Part shown: piece by piece, positions 35,755 through 45,680 of the stretch
Position numbering within the stretch: position 1 is the stretch's first letter
Layout: each line of letters opens with the position of its first letter
Assembly (NCBI GenBank): GCA_965213705.1
Contig: OZ243913.1
Location: 2,592,001 to 2,656,000 of the forward strand
Source: Trueperaceae bacterium
GTDB taxonomy: Bacteria > Deinococcota > Deinococci > Deinococcales > Trueperaceae
DNA length: 64,000 nucleotides
Direction: 5' to 3'
Notes under the pieces: generated by a model
Databases searched by the model: none
The model's input: only the letters and a program-made list of their open reading frames with translations
Told to the model about the DNA's origin: nothing
Program-made: the position numbers and the translations under genes

Positions 35755-37311
35755 TCAACCCTCCGATTCACTACCAATGACTGACTGCCGGTAAGGCGTG
35801 TCTTTCGGCCCTTCACCTGGCAAACGTGCGTACAGCGTGGCGAGGTCTTTAAGCCCAGCAGCGACCCAATAAGGAACCTCGTCCCAGCGAAAACGCCAAC
35901 TCCAGTTGCCCGCCGCCACGCCCGGCGTGTTCATGCGCGCCTCGGTGCCCAAACTCAGCACGTCCTGCAGCGGCACGACCGCCGTGTCCGCGACCGAACT
36001 GAAAGCCAGGCGCACCAAACCCTGCACCACGTCCTCGTCGCCCCGACCCAAGTAGCGCCGCACGAAGTCGCGCTCGGCGTCAGGGGCTTGAGCGTACCAA
36101 CCGCGCGTCGTGTCGTTGTCGTGCGTGCCGGTGTAAACCACACAGTCGTGCGGGTAGTTGTGCGGCAGGTACGGGTCGGAAGCGTCGGCGGCGAAGGCGA
36201 ACTGCAACACCTTCATGCCGGGAAGGTTGTTGTCGTCGCGCAGCTTTTCGACCTCCGGCGTGATGACGCCCAAATCCTCGGCGATAATCGGTAGGTCGTC
36301 GCCGAGCGCCGCGCGGATGGCGTCGAATAGAGGTTGGCCCGGCCCTTTGACCCAGCGGCCCTTGACCGCGGTCGGTTCCGAGGCGGGAATTTCCCAGTAC
36401 GCCTCGAAGCCCCGAAAGTGGTCGATGCGGATGAGGTCGAAAAAGTCCAGGGTGGACTCGACCCGCTGCACCCACCACTTGAACCCCTGAGCTTTCATCT
36501 CGTCCCAGCGGTACAGCGGGTTGCCCCAGCGCTGGCCGGTCGCGCTGAAGTAGTCGGGCGGCACGCCCGCGATGACGGTCGGGTTGCCCGTTTTGTCGAA
36601 GTAAAAAAGCTCGGGGTTGGCCCAGGCATCGGCCGAATCGTAGGCGATGAAGATGGGGATGTCGCCGATGACGAGGATGTCACGTGCGTTGGCGTAGGCC
36701 TTGACAGCGAGCCACTGCTCGTAAAACAGCCACTGCCAGAGTTTATGGCGCGTGATGACCTCTGCAAGCTCGCGCCGCTTTTCCCGCAGCGCGCCCACAT
36801 CGCGGTCGCGCACGTCGGCGGGCCAGGTGCTCCAAGCTTCGCCGCCGTTGGCCTCTTTTAGGGCCATGAACAGGGCGAAGTCCTCGAGCCAGTAAGCTTG
36901 TACCTTGCAGAACGTTTCAAAACTTTCGCGTTGCCCCTCGGTCGCGCTCGCTTGGAAGTGCTCGGAGGCGCGCTCGAGCACCCGCACCTTGTAAGGAATG
37001 ACGTTGCCGTAATCGACCGCGTCGTTTCCAAAGTCGGGTGCGCCGGTGAGGTCTTCGGCGCTAAGCAATCCCTCCCCCACCAGCATGTCCAGGTCGATAA
37101 GGTACGGGTTGCCCGCAAAGGCGCTGAAGCACTGGTAAGGACTGTCGCCGTAGCCCGTCGGGCCGAGCGGCATGACTTGCCACAGCCGCTGACCGGCCGC
37201 CTCTAAAAAGTCCAGCCACTGATAGGCCGCCTTGCCCAGCGTGCCGACGCCGTACGGTCCCGGCAGCGAAGTCGGGTGGAGCAACAAACCTGCGCGTCGT
37301 TCGAATGCCAT
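35755..37311 (-). CDS. malQ: 4-alpha-glucanotransferase (amylomaltase)
   Basis: LLHPTSLP, RIDHFRGF and YTGTHDNDT motifs. Confidence 0.97.
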   Translation of the reverse strand: MAFERRAGLLLHPTSLPGPYGVGTLGKAAYQWLDFLEAAGQRLWQVMPLGPTGYGDSPYQCFSAFAGNPYLIDLDMLVGEGLLSAEDLTGAPDFGNDAVDYGNVIPYKVRVLERASEHFQASATEGQRESFETFCKVQAYWLEDFALFMALKEANGGEAWSTWPADVRDRDVGALREKRRELAEVITRHKLWQWLFYEQWLAVKAYANARDILVIGDIPIFIAYDSADAWANPELFYFDKTGNPTVIAGVPPDYFSATGQRWGNPLYRWDEMKAQGFKWWVQRVESTLDFFDLIRIDHFRGFEAYWEIPASEPTAVKGRWVKGPGQPLFDAIRAALGDDLPIIAEDLGVITPEVEKLRDDNNLPGMKVLQFAFAADASDPYLPHNYPHDCVVYTGTHDNDTTRGWYAQAPDAERDFVRRYLGRGDEDVVQGLVRLAFSSVADTAVVPLQDVLSLGTEARMNTPGVAAGNWSWRFRWDEVPYWVAAGLKDLATLYARLPGEGPKDTPYRQSVIGSESEG

Positions 37312-37433
37312 GAAACCTCCCGGAGAGGAAATACGTCCTTCTCAGATGAATGACGCTAACATGTTTGTGGGCTCGAGGCTTCTGGTTGTTCGGGTAGATT
37401 TCAGCGATTTAGTGGACGAGCTTCGAGATAGAG

Positions 37434-38084
37434 TCAGCTTGCTATCGCATAGACACCGATGATGTTAAAATCCTCAATTTTCTCGCTAGGAACATGCTGA
37501 ACATAAAACTTGAGAAACTCTTCCGCTTCGCCAGCTTGAGAAAATAAACCGTCACGGTTGAGTTGGTTGAAATAAGGGAGAAAAAGTTGCCCTTGCTCAT
37601 CTGTGCCGTTCCAGGTTGGAAAAAACATAGAATCCATTACGGGCGAGAAGTGGTCGCCAACAAAGTAGTTAGGTTCATAACCGAGCAGTACAAATTTTTT
37701 CGGTGGAACTGTATGCTGGTTTTCCTGACCTACCCAAACAATTTCCCATTGAGACGGTTCGCTGAGCGTTGCAAACACCGTCAATGCGTCGTCCAAACTT
37801 AAAAGATAGTCTTCGGCAGAACGTTGTTGATGCTCGAGTTCAGCAATAAGCCTTGATGCGTTAATCTCGGAAGGTGGTTCCGTATTTGGTAAACCATCAA
37901 ATTCCGAATACCAAGGGCCGAGGCACTGCCGCCCGACGCCGCGATACTTCTTACCGTACGTTGAAGGGTCCGTGTTTTGACGAGGTATGCCATAAGCTTT
38001 TTGCTGTTGCACTGAAGGACGGCTGTACTCGAGACACAGAGATTCAAATGTTCTGACAATCAAGAAACCGGAATGAATTAACAT
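37434..38084 (-). CDS. Hypothetical protein (low-GC cargo)
   Basis: 216-aa ORF ending with LNRDGLF...AEEF; AT-rich. Confidence 0.7.
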   Translation of the reverse strand: MLIHSGFLIVRTFESLCLEYSRPSVQQQKAYGIPRQNTDPSTYGKKYRGVGRQCLGPWYSEFDGLPNTEPPSEINASRLIAELEHQQRSAEDYLLSLDDALTVFATLSEPSQWEIVWVGQENQHTVPPKKFVLLGYEPNYFVGDHFSPVMDSMFFPTWNGTDEQGQLFLPYFNQLNRDGLFSQAGEAEEFLKFYVQHVPSEKIEDFNIIGVYAIAS

Positions 38085-38163
38085 GACATGAAATTCTACC
38101 GCCTAAGTTTGCTCCCAAACTTCACCGATTTAGTCAAGGAGGTTTATTAGAGCGTTTTTTGGA

Positions 38164-38694
38164 TTAGTACGGTAAATTTAGGTCTCTCTGTAACTCCCTT
38201 GCACGTTCTTCACTCGAGCAAACAAGAAAGAGTCTAAAAGTTACGCCACCTTCTTCGTAAAAAGGTTCGTCCTTTTCCATAGGACTGACACTTACTGCCA
38301 CATGCGCAAACCATTTGATGGCTTTGACAAAGAACGTTGGAGACGCTGCTGCCGAATTATCAGCATTTGACCAAACTACATCAACGTAGTCATACTTGAA
38401 ATCAGGAGAACGAAAGCCCCCAAACAAGGAGTCGGCGAGTCCGTCCCACAGTTCACCGTTTGGTGGATTCATAGGAAATGAGGCGTTAGAAACTGCATCA
38501 TGAAAGGTTACTTTTGAATCAACGATTTGGCCTGATGTGGTTTCTAACATATATTGCTTCAACAGTTTTTTTGTCGGCTTGCCTCGCATATCTTCAGCAG
38601 AAACGAAATTGAGAAAGTTGTTCCTCTTTAGCTTTTCGTTACTGTACTTTTTAAGCCGCTTGGCTCGAGTTTTCTGTCCTTTCGATTTAGCCAT
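38164..38694 (-). CDS. Barstar-like protein with basic N-terminal extension
   Basis: K.TF.DA...FP..P...WDGLADSLFGG barstar-like motif. Confidence 0.6.
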   Translation of the reverse strand: MAKSKGQKTRAKRLKKYSNEKLKRNNFLNFVSAEDMRGKPTKKLLKQYMLETTSGQIVDSKVTFHDAVSNASFPMNPPNGELWDGLADSLFGGFRSPDFKYDYVDVVWSNADNSAAASPTFFVKAIKWFAHVAVSVSPMEKDEPFYEEGGVTFRLFLVCSSEERARELQRDLNLPY

Positions 38695-38707
38695 AAACAG
38701 CTCTTGA

Positions 38708-38980
38708 CTACGCAGCGTCAGCTTGCTCTTGCCCAACCCGCTCTTGTAACCACAAATTCAGCAGGGTTTCAGATGATACTCCGTGCCTAGCTGCCAACTT
38801 GCGGAGTTTTTTACTGAGCGTGGACTCGACAGGAAAGTAGGTGACGGAGCTTTGAATATCAACATTGAAATTAACCTCGTGCGTTTGTTCCCAAATTTCA
38901 CCGAGGTCATGCTCGTCCCAGTATTCTCCCATTTCTTCGTAGGACGAAGCTTGTGAGATAGAGGTTTTACCTTCGCTCAT
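38708..38980 (-). CDS. BrnA/CopG-like antitoxin
   Basis: EMGEYWDEHDL...LRKLA...GVSSETLLNLWLQE. Confidence 0.85.
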   Translation of the reverse strand: MSEGKTSISQASSYEEMGEYWDEHDLGEIWEQTHEVNFNVDIQSSVTYFPVESTLSKKLRKLAARHGVSSETLLNLWLQERVGQEQADAA

Positions 38981-39251
38981 AGTTTCTCCTTTCAACATCT
39001 GTCATTGTACGTGAAGAGATAACGACAGCGTGTTTGTCTTGTCTGTAGACAAAAAAGGTGATGAGGTAACGTCCCGCGTCAGTTTGTCCAAAAGCTGCGT
39101 AGAGATTTTCGTCTTTGCGGCGACCTTTTTCAGCGAAACGGAAATAAGGAGAGTTGGCGAACACCTCTTCGACCTCGAACAGCTCGACCTTGTGTTTGCG
39201 CCAAAGTTTCTCGACGATGTCCTCGAGCCAGATAAACCCTGCGATGGTCAA
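38967..39251 (-). CDS. brnT: BrnT family toxin
   Basis: FIW...KH.V...EVEEVF, GQTDAGRYL and ISSR.MT..ERR.Y motifs. Confidence 0.88.
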   Translation of the reverse strand: MTIAGFIWLEDIVEKLWRKHKVELFEVEEVFANSPYFRFAEKGRRKDENLYAAFGQTDAGRYLITFFVYRQDKHAVVISSRTMTDVERRNYERR

Positions 39252-39277
39252 ACTAATCAGCGCTCCTACATCTTACC

Positions 39278-40195
39278 TCACTTCTCAAACGGCTTCCCAA
39301 TCGCCTTCGGCGGCACCGCCCGACCGATAAACCCGGCCAAAACGAGCATCGTCAGGACAAACGGGATACTCTGCACCAGCGTCGGCGGCAGCAGTTGCCC
39401 GCCGCCCAAGACCGTCGCCAGCGCCTCGAAAGTGCCGAACAGCAGCGTCGCGCCGAGGACGCCGAGCGGGTGCCACTTGCCGAAAATGAGCGCCGCCAGC
39501 GCGATGAAGCCGCGTCCGCCGGACATGTTGGCGACGTATTGGTTTAAGTTGCCGATGCTGAGGTAAGCGCCCGCCAAACCCGCCAGCACGCCCGACAAAA
39601 TCACGCCGTAGTAGCGCATCCGCTTCACGTTGATGCCCACACTGTCCGCCGCCTCGGGGTGCTCGCCGACCGAGCGCAGCCGCAGGCCGAAGGGCGTGCG
39701 GAACAGCACGTACCAGACGACCGGGACGAGGACGAAGGCGAGGTACAAAATCGGGCTGAAGCCGCCCCACTGCGGCAGGCGGTTGGCGATGGGCGCGCTC
39801 GAGGTCGAGTTGCTGTAAAACCCGGTCAACACCAGCGCCGGAATTCCGATTGCCATGAGGTTGATGGCCGTGCCCGAAATAATCTGGTCGGCCTTGTAAC
39901 GAATGCTGATAACCGCGTGGATAAGTCCGACCCCTGCCCCGACGGCCGCGCCGAACAGCACCCCGACCCACGGCACCCAGGCGAGGTTCGCGTCCGGATT
40001 GGCGGCGAGAATTCCGACCTCGAGCTGCTGCACCGTCACCGCCGCCGCGAGCGCGCCGAACAGGATAATCCCCTCTAAAGCAATGTTCACCACGCCCGCA
40101 CGCTCGCTGAACAAGCCGCCCAAGGCCGCCAGTAGCAGCGGCGTGGTGGCACGCAGCGCCGAGCCGACGAGGGTGAGTAAGAGGAGCGTGTCCAC
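39278..40195 (-). CDS. Nucleoside ABC transporter permease (NupC/YufQ-like)
   Basis: SERAGVVNIALEG, LRSVGEHP.AA and GRGFIALAA motifs. Confidence 0.93.
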   Translation of the reverse strand: MDTLLLLTLVGSALRATTPLLLAALGGLFSERAGVVNIALEGIILFGALAAAVTVQQLEVGILAANPDANLAWVPWVGVLFGAAVGAGVGLIHAVISIRYKADQIISGTAINLMAIGIPALVLTGFYSNSTSSAPIANRLPQWGGFSPILYLAFVLVPVVWYVLFRTPFGLRLRSVGEHPEAADSVGINVKRMRYYGVILSGVLAGLAGAYLSIGNLNQYVANMSGGRGFIALAALIFGKWHPLGVLGATLLFGTFEALATVLGGGQLLPPTLVQSIPFVLTMLVLAGFIGRAVPPKAIGKPFEK

Positions 40196-42418
40196 TTAAA
40201 CGTCCACGTTCTGCGAGGAGCGTACCGGTTTGCCGGGCGGGTCGAGCGGCTGCGTGACGGTCGGGTCTTCTTCTAAAAACAAGCGGCGGCGCAGCGGGTT
40301 GGTGACGCTGCCGGGTAAAAAGCCTTTGGCGGCGATGAACAGCACCACGAGCGCCAAAATCATGCTGACTACGTCGCGCGTCAGGTCGCTGAAGGTGATG
40401 TTGAGAAGGGTGCCGCCGTTTTTGAGCACGCCGAACAAAAACGCCGACAGCACCACGCCGAGCGGGGTGTTGCCGCCCAACAGCGCGACCGCGATGCCGT
40501 CGAAGCCGTCGTTCGTCGGTAGGGCCTGGCGGAGTGAGTATTCTTCTAAAGCGCCGCCCAACACGTAATGGCTCGCGGTGAGGCCTGCAAAGGCCCCGCT
40601 GAGCGCCAGCGCCAACACCGTGTTGCGGGCGATGCTCGCGCCGCCGTACTCGGCGGCCAGGGGGGCCAAACCGACCGCACGCAGTTCGTAGCCCCACTTG
40701 GTGCGCCACATGAACACCTGCATAAACGCGGCCGCCGCCAGCGCGATGAGAAAGGAGGTGTTGAGCTTCGTCGGCGGGATGATGGTGTCGACCGACGCCA
40801 AGCCGAACAGCGCCGCCACACCGTAGGCGACCGCGCCCGCCACTAAAGAAACGAGAAGGCGACGCCACAGTGTAAAACGCCGACGGAACAGAAAGAACGC
40901 GAGAATGAGGACGCCCGCCCCGACGACCAGCGCAAAGTTGAGCGGCAAAATCGCCTCGCCCGTCGTAACCTCGCGGTCGACGCCGAGGACGGTCGGCAAC
41001 TGTGCCAAGCGCGCGGTTTCTTGTAACGGGTAAGACTTCGGCTCGGAGCCGGGCGCTTTGAAGGGCAGTCGCAGCGTCACGGGGGGTTCGTTCGCCGCTA
41101 AGGACCAGGCGTAGACGCCGCCCCCGAGGGCAACCAGGGCCAAGATGGCTGCCGTGAGGCGGGGCGCTCGAGCCCCCAGCCGCCGCACGGGCGGGATGAG
41201 GCTTAGCACCAGCAACGCGACCGTTAAAAGGCTCAGCCAATAGATGACCTGCAGCACCGGCGCGGCAAACACGTTGTTCGACGACAGCACGAAGAGCAGC
41301 AGCGACAAGGCGATGTAGTTCATCAAAATCGTGTTGATAACCTCGTTGGCCCCGAAGCGCGCCTTGAGATAGCCCGGAATCGCGCCCCACAGCCCGCCGC
41401 CCAGCGCCGAGGCGGCGACGGCCAGCGGCAACACCACCAACTTCGGCCCCGGCATGTACAGGCCCACCAACATCGCAAAAATGGCGCCCAAGACCATCTG
41501 GCCCGGCGCGCCGATGTTGAACAGTCCCGCCTGAAACCCGAAGGCGACGGCCAAGCCGGTGAAAATCAGCGGCGTCGCGAACTTTAAAGACTCGGCTAAA
41601 CCCCCGACCGTGCCGAGCGAGTTGCTGAACAGGGTGAGGTTGGCGTACCACAGGGTTTCCAAACGACCGGCGAGGGCGGTCTGCCAACTGTCAATGACGA
41701 ACTCCCCACCGGTCGGCGTGCCTTGCAGGGCCAGGATAACGACCGCCGCCACCAGCAACGCCAAGACAATCGAGGTGAGCGGCACCGCGACCAGGGTCAG
41801 GGTGCGCTCGACGGTTCGGTTGAACCTCGGTAAGACGCGCAGCCCGAAAAACAAGGCCAAACCGCCCGTCAAGTACGCTAAAAACGCCGCCAACCCGAGC
41901 CCCGAGCCGTCGTAACCCAAGCGCTTAATGGTAAAGCCAGCCTTGCGCGACTTGAGGACGGTGGTGTCGATAGACGCTGTGGGTGCGTCTTCCAACACCG
42001 CCCGCAAGGCGGGCTCGTCAACGGACGGCCGCGGGTCTTCCAAGGCCCGCGTGATGGCGCTCGTTACGAGGTCCAAACGCACGTCGCGCACCGCCGAGCG
42101 CACGTTCGAAAGACCCCAAAAAGTCGTGGCGACGAGCAGCAGACCGCCGAACAGCCAGAGCAGCGAGCGCCAGCGGAGGTTGTTCAGCAACGCGGCACCG
42201 CCGACGACAAAAAGCGCCGCGGCACTCAGCGCGAGCACGGTTCCCAAACCCGTTACGGGCAGCAGGTCGGTTCGACCGGAAAAGTCCAGGTAGCGGTTCG
42301 GCAACAACAACACGCTGCTGCGGGCACCCGTCGGGCGGGCGAGGGCGGCCCAGGGCGCGAGCCACAAACCGAGCAACGTAACGACGGAAAAGCCTGCGAC
42401 CGCAAAACGTTCGTTCAC
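40196..42418 (-). CDS. Nucleoside ABC transporter permease (NupB-like) with long N-terminal extension (leaderless GTG 42418)
   Basis: GLFNIGAPGQ, ANEVINTILMNY and GFDGIAVALLG motifs; TAGAAT-N6-GTG. Confidence 0.9.
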   Translation of the reverse strand: MNERFAVAGFSVVTLLGLWLAPWAALARPTGARSSVLLLPNRYLDFSGRTDLLPVTGLGTVLALSAAALFVVGGAALLNNLRWRSLLWLFGGLLLVATTFWGLSNVRSAVRDVRLDLVTSAITRALEDPRPSVDEPALRAVLEDAPTASIDTTVLKSRKAGFTIKRLGYDGSGLGLAAFLAYLTGGLALFFGLRVLPRFNRTVERTLTLVAVPLTSIVLALLVAAVVILALQGTPTGGEFVIDSWQTALAGRLETLWYANLTLFSNSLGTVGGLAESLKFATPLIFTGLAVAFGFQAGLFNIGAPGQMVLGAIFAMLVGLYMPGPKLVVLPLAVAASALGGGLWGAIPGYLKARFGANEVINTILMNYIALSLLLFVLSSNNVFAAPVLQVIYWLSLLTVALLVLSLIPPVRRLGARAPRLTAAILALVALGGGVYAWSLAANEPPVTLRLPFKAPGSEPKSYPLQETARLAQLPTVLGVDREVTTGEAILPLNFALVVGAGVLILAFFLFRRRFTLWRRLLVSLVAGAVAYGVAALFGLASVDTIIPPTKLNTSFLIALAAAAFMQVFMWRTKWGYELRAVGLAPLAAEYGGASIARNTVLALALSGAFAGLTASHYVLGGALEEYSLRQALPTNDGFDGIAVALLGGNTPLGVVLSAFLFGVLKNGGTLLNITFSDLTRDVVSMILALVVLFIAAKGFLPGSVTNPLRRRLFLEEDPTVTQPLDPPGKPVRSSQNVDV

Positions 42419-42489
42419 CAACCCATTCTAACAGTAGCTTCTACCGACGGCGCAGGGTAGCGGTGCCGACCTCGAAGTTGAGCCAGCAC

Positions 42490-43299
42490 TTACGTTGCCC
42501 CTCCCGCTCGAGCCAGCTCGAGCCGCACGTAAGCTAAAACAGCACTCTCCAACTCTTCCGGATAAGGCGCGTTCAACCGTTCGGCGGCGAGGCGACCGCG
42601 CCGCCGCATGATTTGGGCCAGCTCGAGGTGGGCCTGGACCAGCGAGGCACGTGTCAACTCAGGCAGCGCCAAAACACCCTCCAGCTCCGAACGTTCTTCA
42701 GGCTCGAGAAGTTCGTTGGCACGCTTCTCGCCGACATCGCGCGGGCGGCCCCGCCCGAGGCTGCAGACGTTCACGACCTGCGCGACTTCTTGGCTGAGGC
42801 GCAACGCGGCGGGGATGAGTTCGTCACGTTCGATGCTGGGCAACATGGCGAACAAGCGCCAGAAGTAGCGTATCTCGACGTCCAAGTCTCGTTGCAGCGA
42901 GGCGGGCTCGGGCGGGGTTGGAGAAACCTGCGTGAGTTGACCCCGGTTTAGGAGGACTCGAGTCTTTCCCTTCGTGACCTGCACCTCGTCAGCCGTCTCG
43001 ACAAACAGGTCGAGGGCGACGACTTGCGCGCCGTCGCCTTGCAGCAAACCGACCGTCATCGAGCCGCCGAAGAGTTCGTGATACAGCAGGACGGGCCGGA
43101 GGGTGGCGAGCCACCCTCCAAGTTCCTTACGAAAAGCGTCAGCGTCGTCGGGCGCAAGCCAAACCGTCAAGTCGATGTCGGAATGTCGGTCGGCGTCGCC
43201 GCGGCCGAAGCTGCCTTTGAGCCAAGCCGCCTTTAGGCGGGGGTCTTGCTCGAGGGCTTGCTCGAGCAGGTGGATAATTTTCTCTGCCGGTAAGGACAA
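42490..43299 (-). CDS. Pol-beta-type nucleotidyltransferase domain protein (start probably TTG 43299)
   Basis: GSFGRGDADRHSDIDL motif; GGAGG RBS. Confidence 0.85.
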   Translation of the reverse strand: MSLPAEKIIHLLEQALEQDPRLKAAWLKGSFGRGDADRHSDIDLTVWLAPDDADAFRKELGGWLATLRPVLLYHELFGGSMTVGLLQGDGAQVVALDLFVETADEVQVTKGKTRVLLNRGQLTQVSPTPPEPASLQRDLDVEIRYFWRLFAMLPSIERDELIPAALRLSQEVAQVVNVCSLGRGRPRDVGEKRANELLEPEERSELEGVLALPELTRASLVQAHLELAQIMRRRGRLAAERLNAPYPEELESAVLAYVRLELARAGGAT

Positions 43300-43333
43300 A
43301 ACAACCTCCGTTTCAACTCGAGCCGACCCTCGC

Positions 43334-44203
43334 TCAACGCTTGACCAAAATCCCCGCCCGGATGAGTTCGGCAAAGGCGTGCCGCTCCAACACCTCGTCG
43401 GGCTCGTCGCCGACTTTGAGGAGCGTGTGCCGAAACCCGGCCCGCAGCACCGCGCGTCTCGTGTGGTCGATAAAATCGTGAACCGCCCGGTGGTAGGCGC
43501 GCACCTCCTCGGGGCCGACGAGGAGTTTTTCGCCGGTTTCTAAGTCCTCGAGTTCCAACTGCCCCGGTTCCGGTTCCAAGTCCTCCACGGCCATAATTTG
43601 CAAAAAACCGGCGTCCAAGCCTCTGGCCTTCAAGGCCGCGAGCGCGGGTTGCCAAGACGCTTCGTCGAGCAGGTCCGAAATGATGAGCGCGAGGCCCGCA
43701 CCGGCGGGGAACTGCGTCGTCAGCGCGAAGGTTTTGAGCGCCGTGGCGGGCGGGGTACGGTCCGCGGGCGCTTCACTCGCCGCCTCGATAAAGTTCCAGA
43801 CCTCCCCGACGCGGCCCCGGCCCTGCGTCGGCCGGTTCTGCCGCCCGTCGAACAGGTGTACCTGGCTCACGCTGTCGCGCTGCGCCGCGTAACTTAGGAG
43901 TTGCGCCAGGATGCGGGCGAAACGCGCCTTGTGACCTTTGGACATGCTCCGGCTCGTGTCGAGCACGACGTGCAGCGCGATGTTGCGCTCGGCCTGGTAG
44001 AGCCGCGTGTAGAGCCGCCCGGTACGCCCGTAAACGCGCCAGTCGACGTACCTCAACTCGTCCCCGGCCTGGTAGGGCCGAAAGTCGTGAAACTCGACGC
44101 TTTGCCCGGCCTCGCTCGCCAACCTCTCGCCCGAGCTGCGGCTGAGCGAGCGCGAGGCGAGCGCGTAGCGGTCGAGCAGGGCGCGGGTGCGGGGGGTAAT
44201 CAT
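43334..44203 (-). CDS. DUF58 / vWA protein
   Basis: EFHDFRPYQAGDELRYVDWR, LDTSRSM and ISDL motifs. Confidence 0.92.
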   Translation of the reverse strand: MITPRTRALLDRYALASRSLSRSSGERLASEAGQSVEFHDFRPYQAGDELRYVDWRVYGRTGRLYTRLYQAERNIALHVVLDTSRSMSKGHKARFARILAQLLSYAAQRDSVSQVHLFDGRQNRPTQGRGRVGEVWNFIEAASEAPADRTPPATALKTFALTTQFPAGAGLALIISDLLDEASWQPALAALKARGLDAGFLQIMAVEDLEPEPGQLELEDLETGEKLLVGPEEVRAYHRAVHDFIDHTRRAVLRAGFRHTLLKVGDEPDEVLERHAFAELIRAGILVKR

Positions 44204-44204
44204 G

Positions 44205-44246
44205 GGGCAGGGGAAAGGGAAAAGGAGAAAGGAGAAAGTGAAAAGC
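44205..44246. repeat. GGRGAAA heptamer tract directly upstream of the DUF58 start
   Basis: GGGGAAA GGGAAAA GGAGAAA GGAGAAA GTGAAAA. Confidence 0.75.
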
Positions 44247-44347
44247 TTGTTGATTTTATCTCAGGATACTTGCGAGAAGGGTTTTCGCCACGCTCGTGAC
44301 AGCCGACAAAGAACGAACGACGAACGAACGACCTTGCGCCGAGTTTT

Positions 44348-45301
44348 TTACTGCCCGACACTTTTGATGATTTCGCGGATAATCGTGTCCGGGTCGGCCC
44401 CGTCCACCTCGGCTTCAAAACTCAGCAGCAGGCGGTGGCGCAGGGCGGGCAGCGCGGCGCGGCGCACGTCGGCGAGTTCGACGTTCGGGCGGCCCGCGGC
44501 GAGGGCGTAGCCCTTGGCGGCAAGGACGGTAGCTTGCGCCCCACGCGGACTCGCGCCCAAGCGCACCAGGGCGTGCTCGTGAGTCGCCTCGGTCAGGCGC
44601 ACCACGTATTCCAAGGCCCGCGTCGCCATCGGCACGGCGCGGAGCATCCTCTGCAGCTCGAGCATCTCCTCCCGCTTGAAAACGGGCTCGACTTTCATTT
44701 CGCTAGCGCCGGTCGTCGTCACCAGGATGCGCTGCAAGGTTGCCGCGTCGGGGCGGCGGATGAGGATTTTAAAGAGAAAGCGGTCAAGTTGCGCTTCGGG
44801 CAACGGGTAGGTGCCTTCCATCTCGAGCGGGTTTTGGGTCGCTAAGACGACGAACGGTTCGGGTAGCGCGTAACGCGTCCCCGAGGCGGTGACGGCGCGC
44901 TCCTGCATCGCTTCCAACAAGGCCGACTGCGTTTTAGGCGTGGCTCGGTTGACTTCGTCGGCGAGCAGCACGTTGGCGAAAATCGGCCCGCGCTGAAAGT
45001 CGAACCGGGGCGCGCCCGCTTCTTCGACGAGCACGTTCGTCCCGGTCACGTCGGCGGGCATGAGGTCGGGGGTGAACTGGACGCGGCCGAAACTCAGGTC
45101 GGTCGTCTCGGCAAAGGTGCGCACCAGCCGCGTTTTGCCCAGTCCGGGCGCACCCTCGAGCAGCACGTGCCCCTGCGCCAGCGCCGCCACGAGCAGGTCT
45201 TCGACGACCTCTTCCTGACCTAGAATGACCCGGCCTATCGTGTCTTTCAAGGTTTTGAACTTGTCGGTAAAGGCCGTAAAGTTGAGGCTGGTCGTGTCCA
45301 T
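44348..45301 (-). CDS. moxR: MoxR family AAA ATPase
   Basis: GAPGLGKT, QFTPDLMPAD, DEVNRA and EAQLDRF motifs. Confidence 0.95.
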   Translation of the reverse strand: MDTTSLNFTAFTDKFKTLKDTIGRVILGQEEVVEDLLVAALAQGHVLLEGAPGLGKTRLVRTFAETTDLSFGRVQFTPDLMPADVTGTNVLVEEAGAPRFDFQRGPIFANVLLADEVNRATPKTQSALLEAMQERAVTASGTRYALPEPFVVLATQNPLEMEGTYPLPEAQLDRFLFKILIRRPDAATLQRILVTTTGASEMKVEPVFKREEMLELQRMLRAVPMATRALEYVVRLTEATHEHALVRLGASPRGAQATVLAAKGYALAAGRPNVELADVRRAALPALRHRLLLSFEAEVDGADPDTIIREIIKSVGQ

Positions 45302-45371
45302 CGGCTCCCCTTGCTGTCAGGTTGAATGGGTGAGAGTGATTCTTTACTTCAGCCTAACACTCTTCGGGTTT

Positions 45372-45680
45372 TTGAATTCAATCAACCATCAGTTGAAGCA
45401 GGTGGAACGACTTCGACACTGAAAGTGTCTTTCCGACTGAAGTCGGCTCAAGGGAGGCTCGAGGAAGCTGAAACAAGACTCGAAGTCGTCTACCCCCTTG
45501 AAGCTGTCCTCCGCAGTATGCCCTTCGATGTAGGCCGCTATCATCTCTGTACTGACGTTCCCGGTGTTACAGGCAAAGTACCCTCTCGCCCACATCCTTT
45601 GCCCTCAGTAGGTTTTGTGCAAGCTCGTAAACTCCCGCTGCAACTTATAACGAACTCTTGCCTTTCAACCTCTGATACCT
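45372..45680 (-). mobile_element. tnpA: IS200/IS605-family remnant: tnpA 3' fragment (frameshift + stop) and right end
   Basis: QRLKGKSS/(+1)/YKLQREF..LHKTY*GQRMWARGYF..TGNVS.EMI..YIE.H; subterminal hairpin CCACCTGCTTCAACTGATGG then TTCAA. Confidence 0.8.

Noticed and set aside
37434..39251. Integron cassette array
   Set aside because: No recognisable attC (RYYYAAC...GTTRRRY) pairs between genes and no intI
39285..41687. 800-aa alternative-frame ORF over the ABC permeases
   Set aside because: Arg/Gly/Ala-rich off-frame translation typical of GC-rich DNA; overlaps two clear genes
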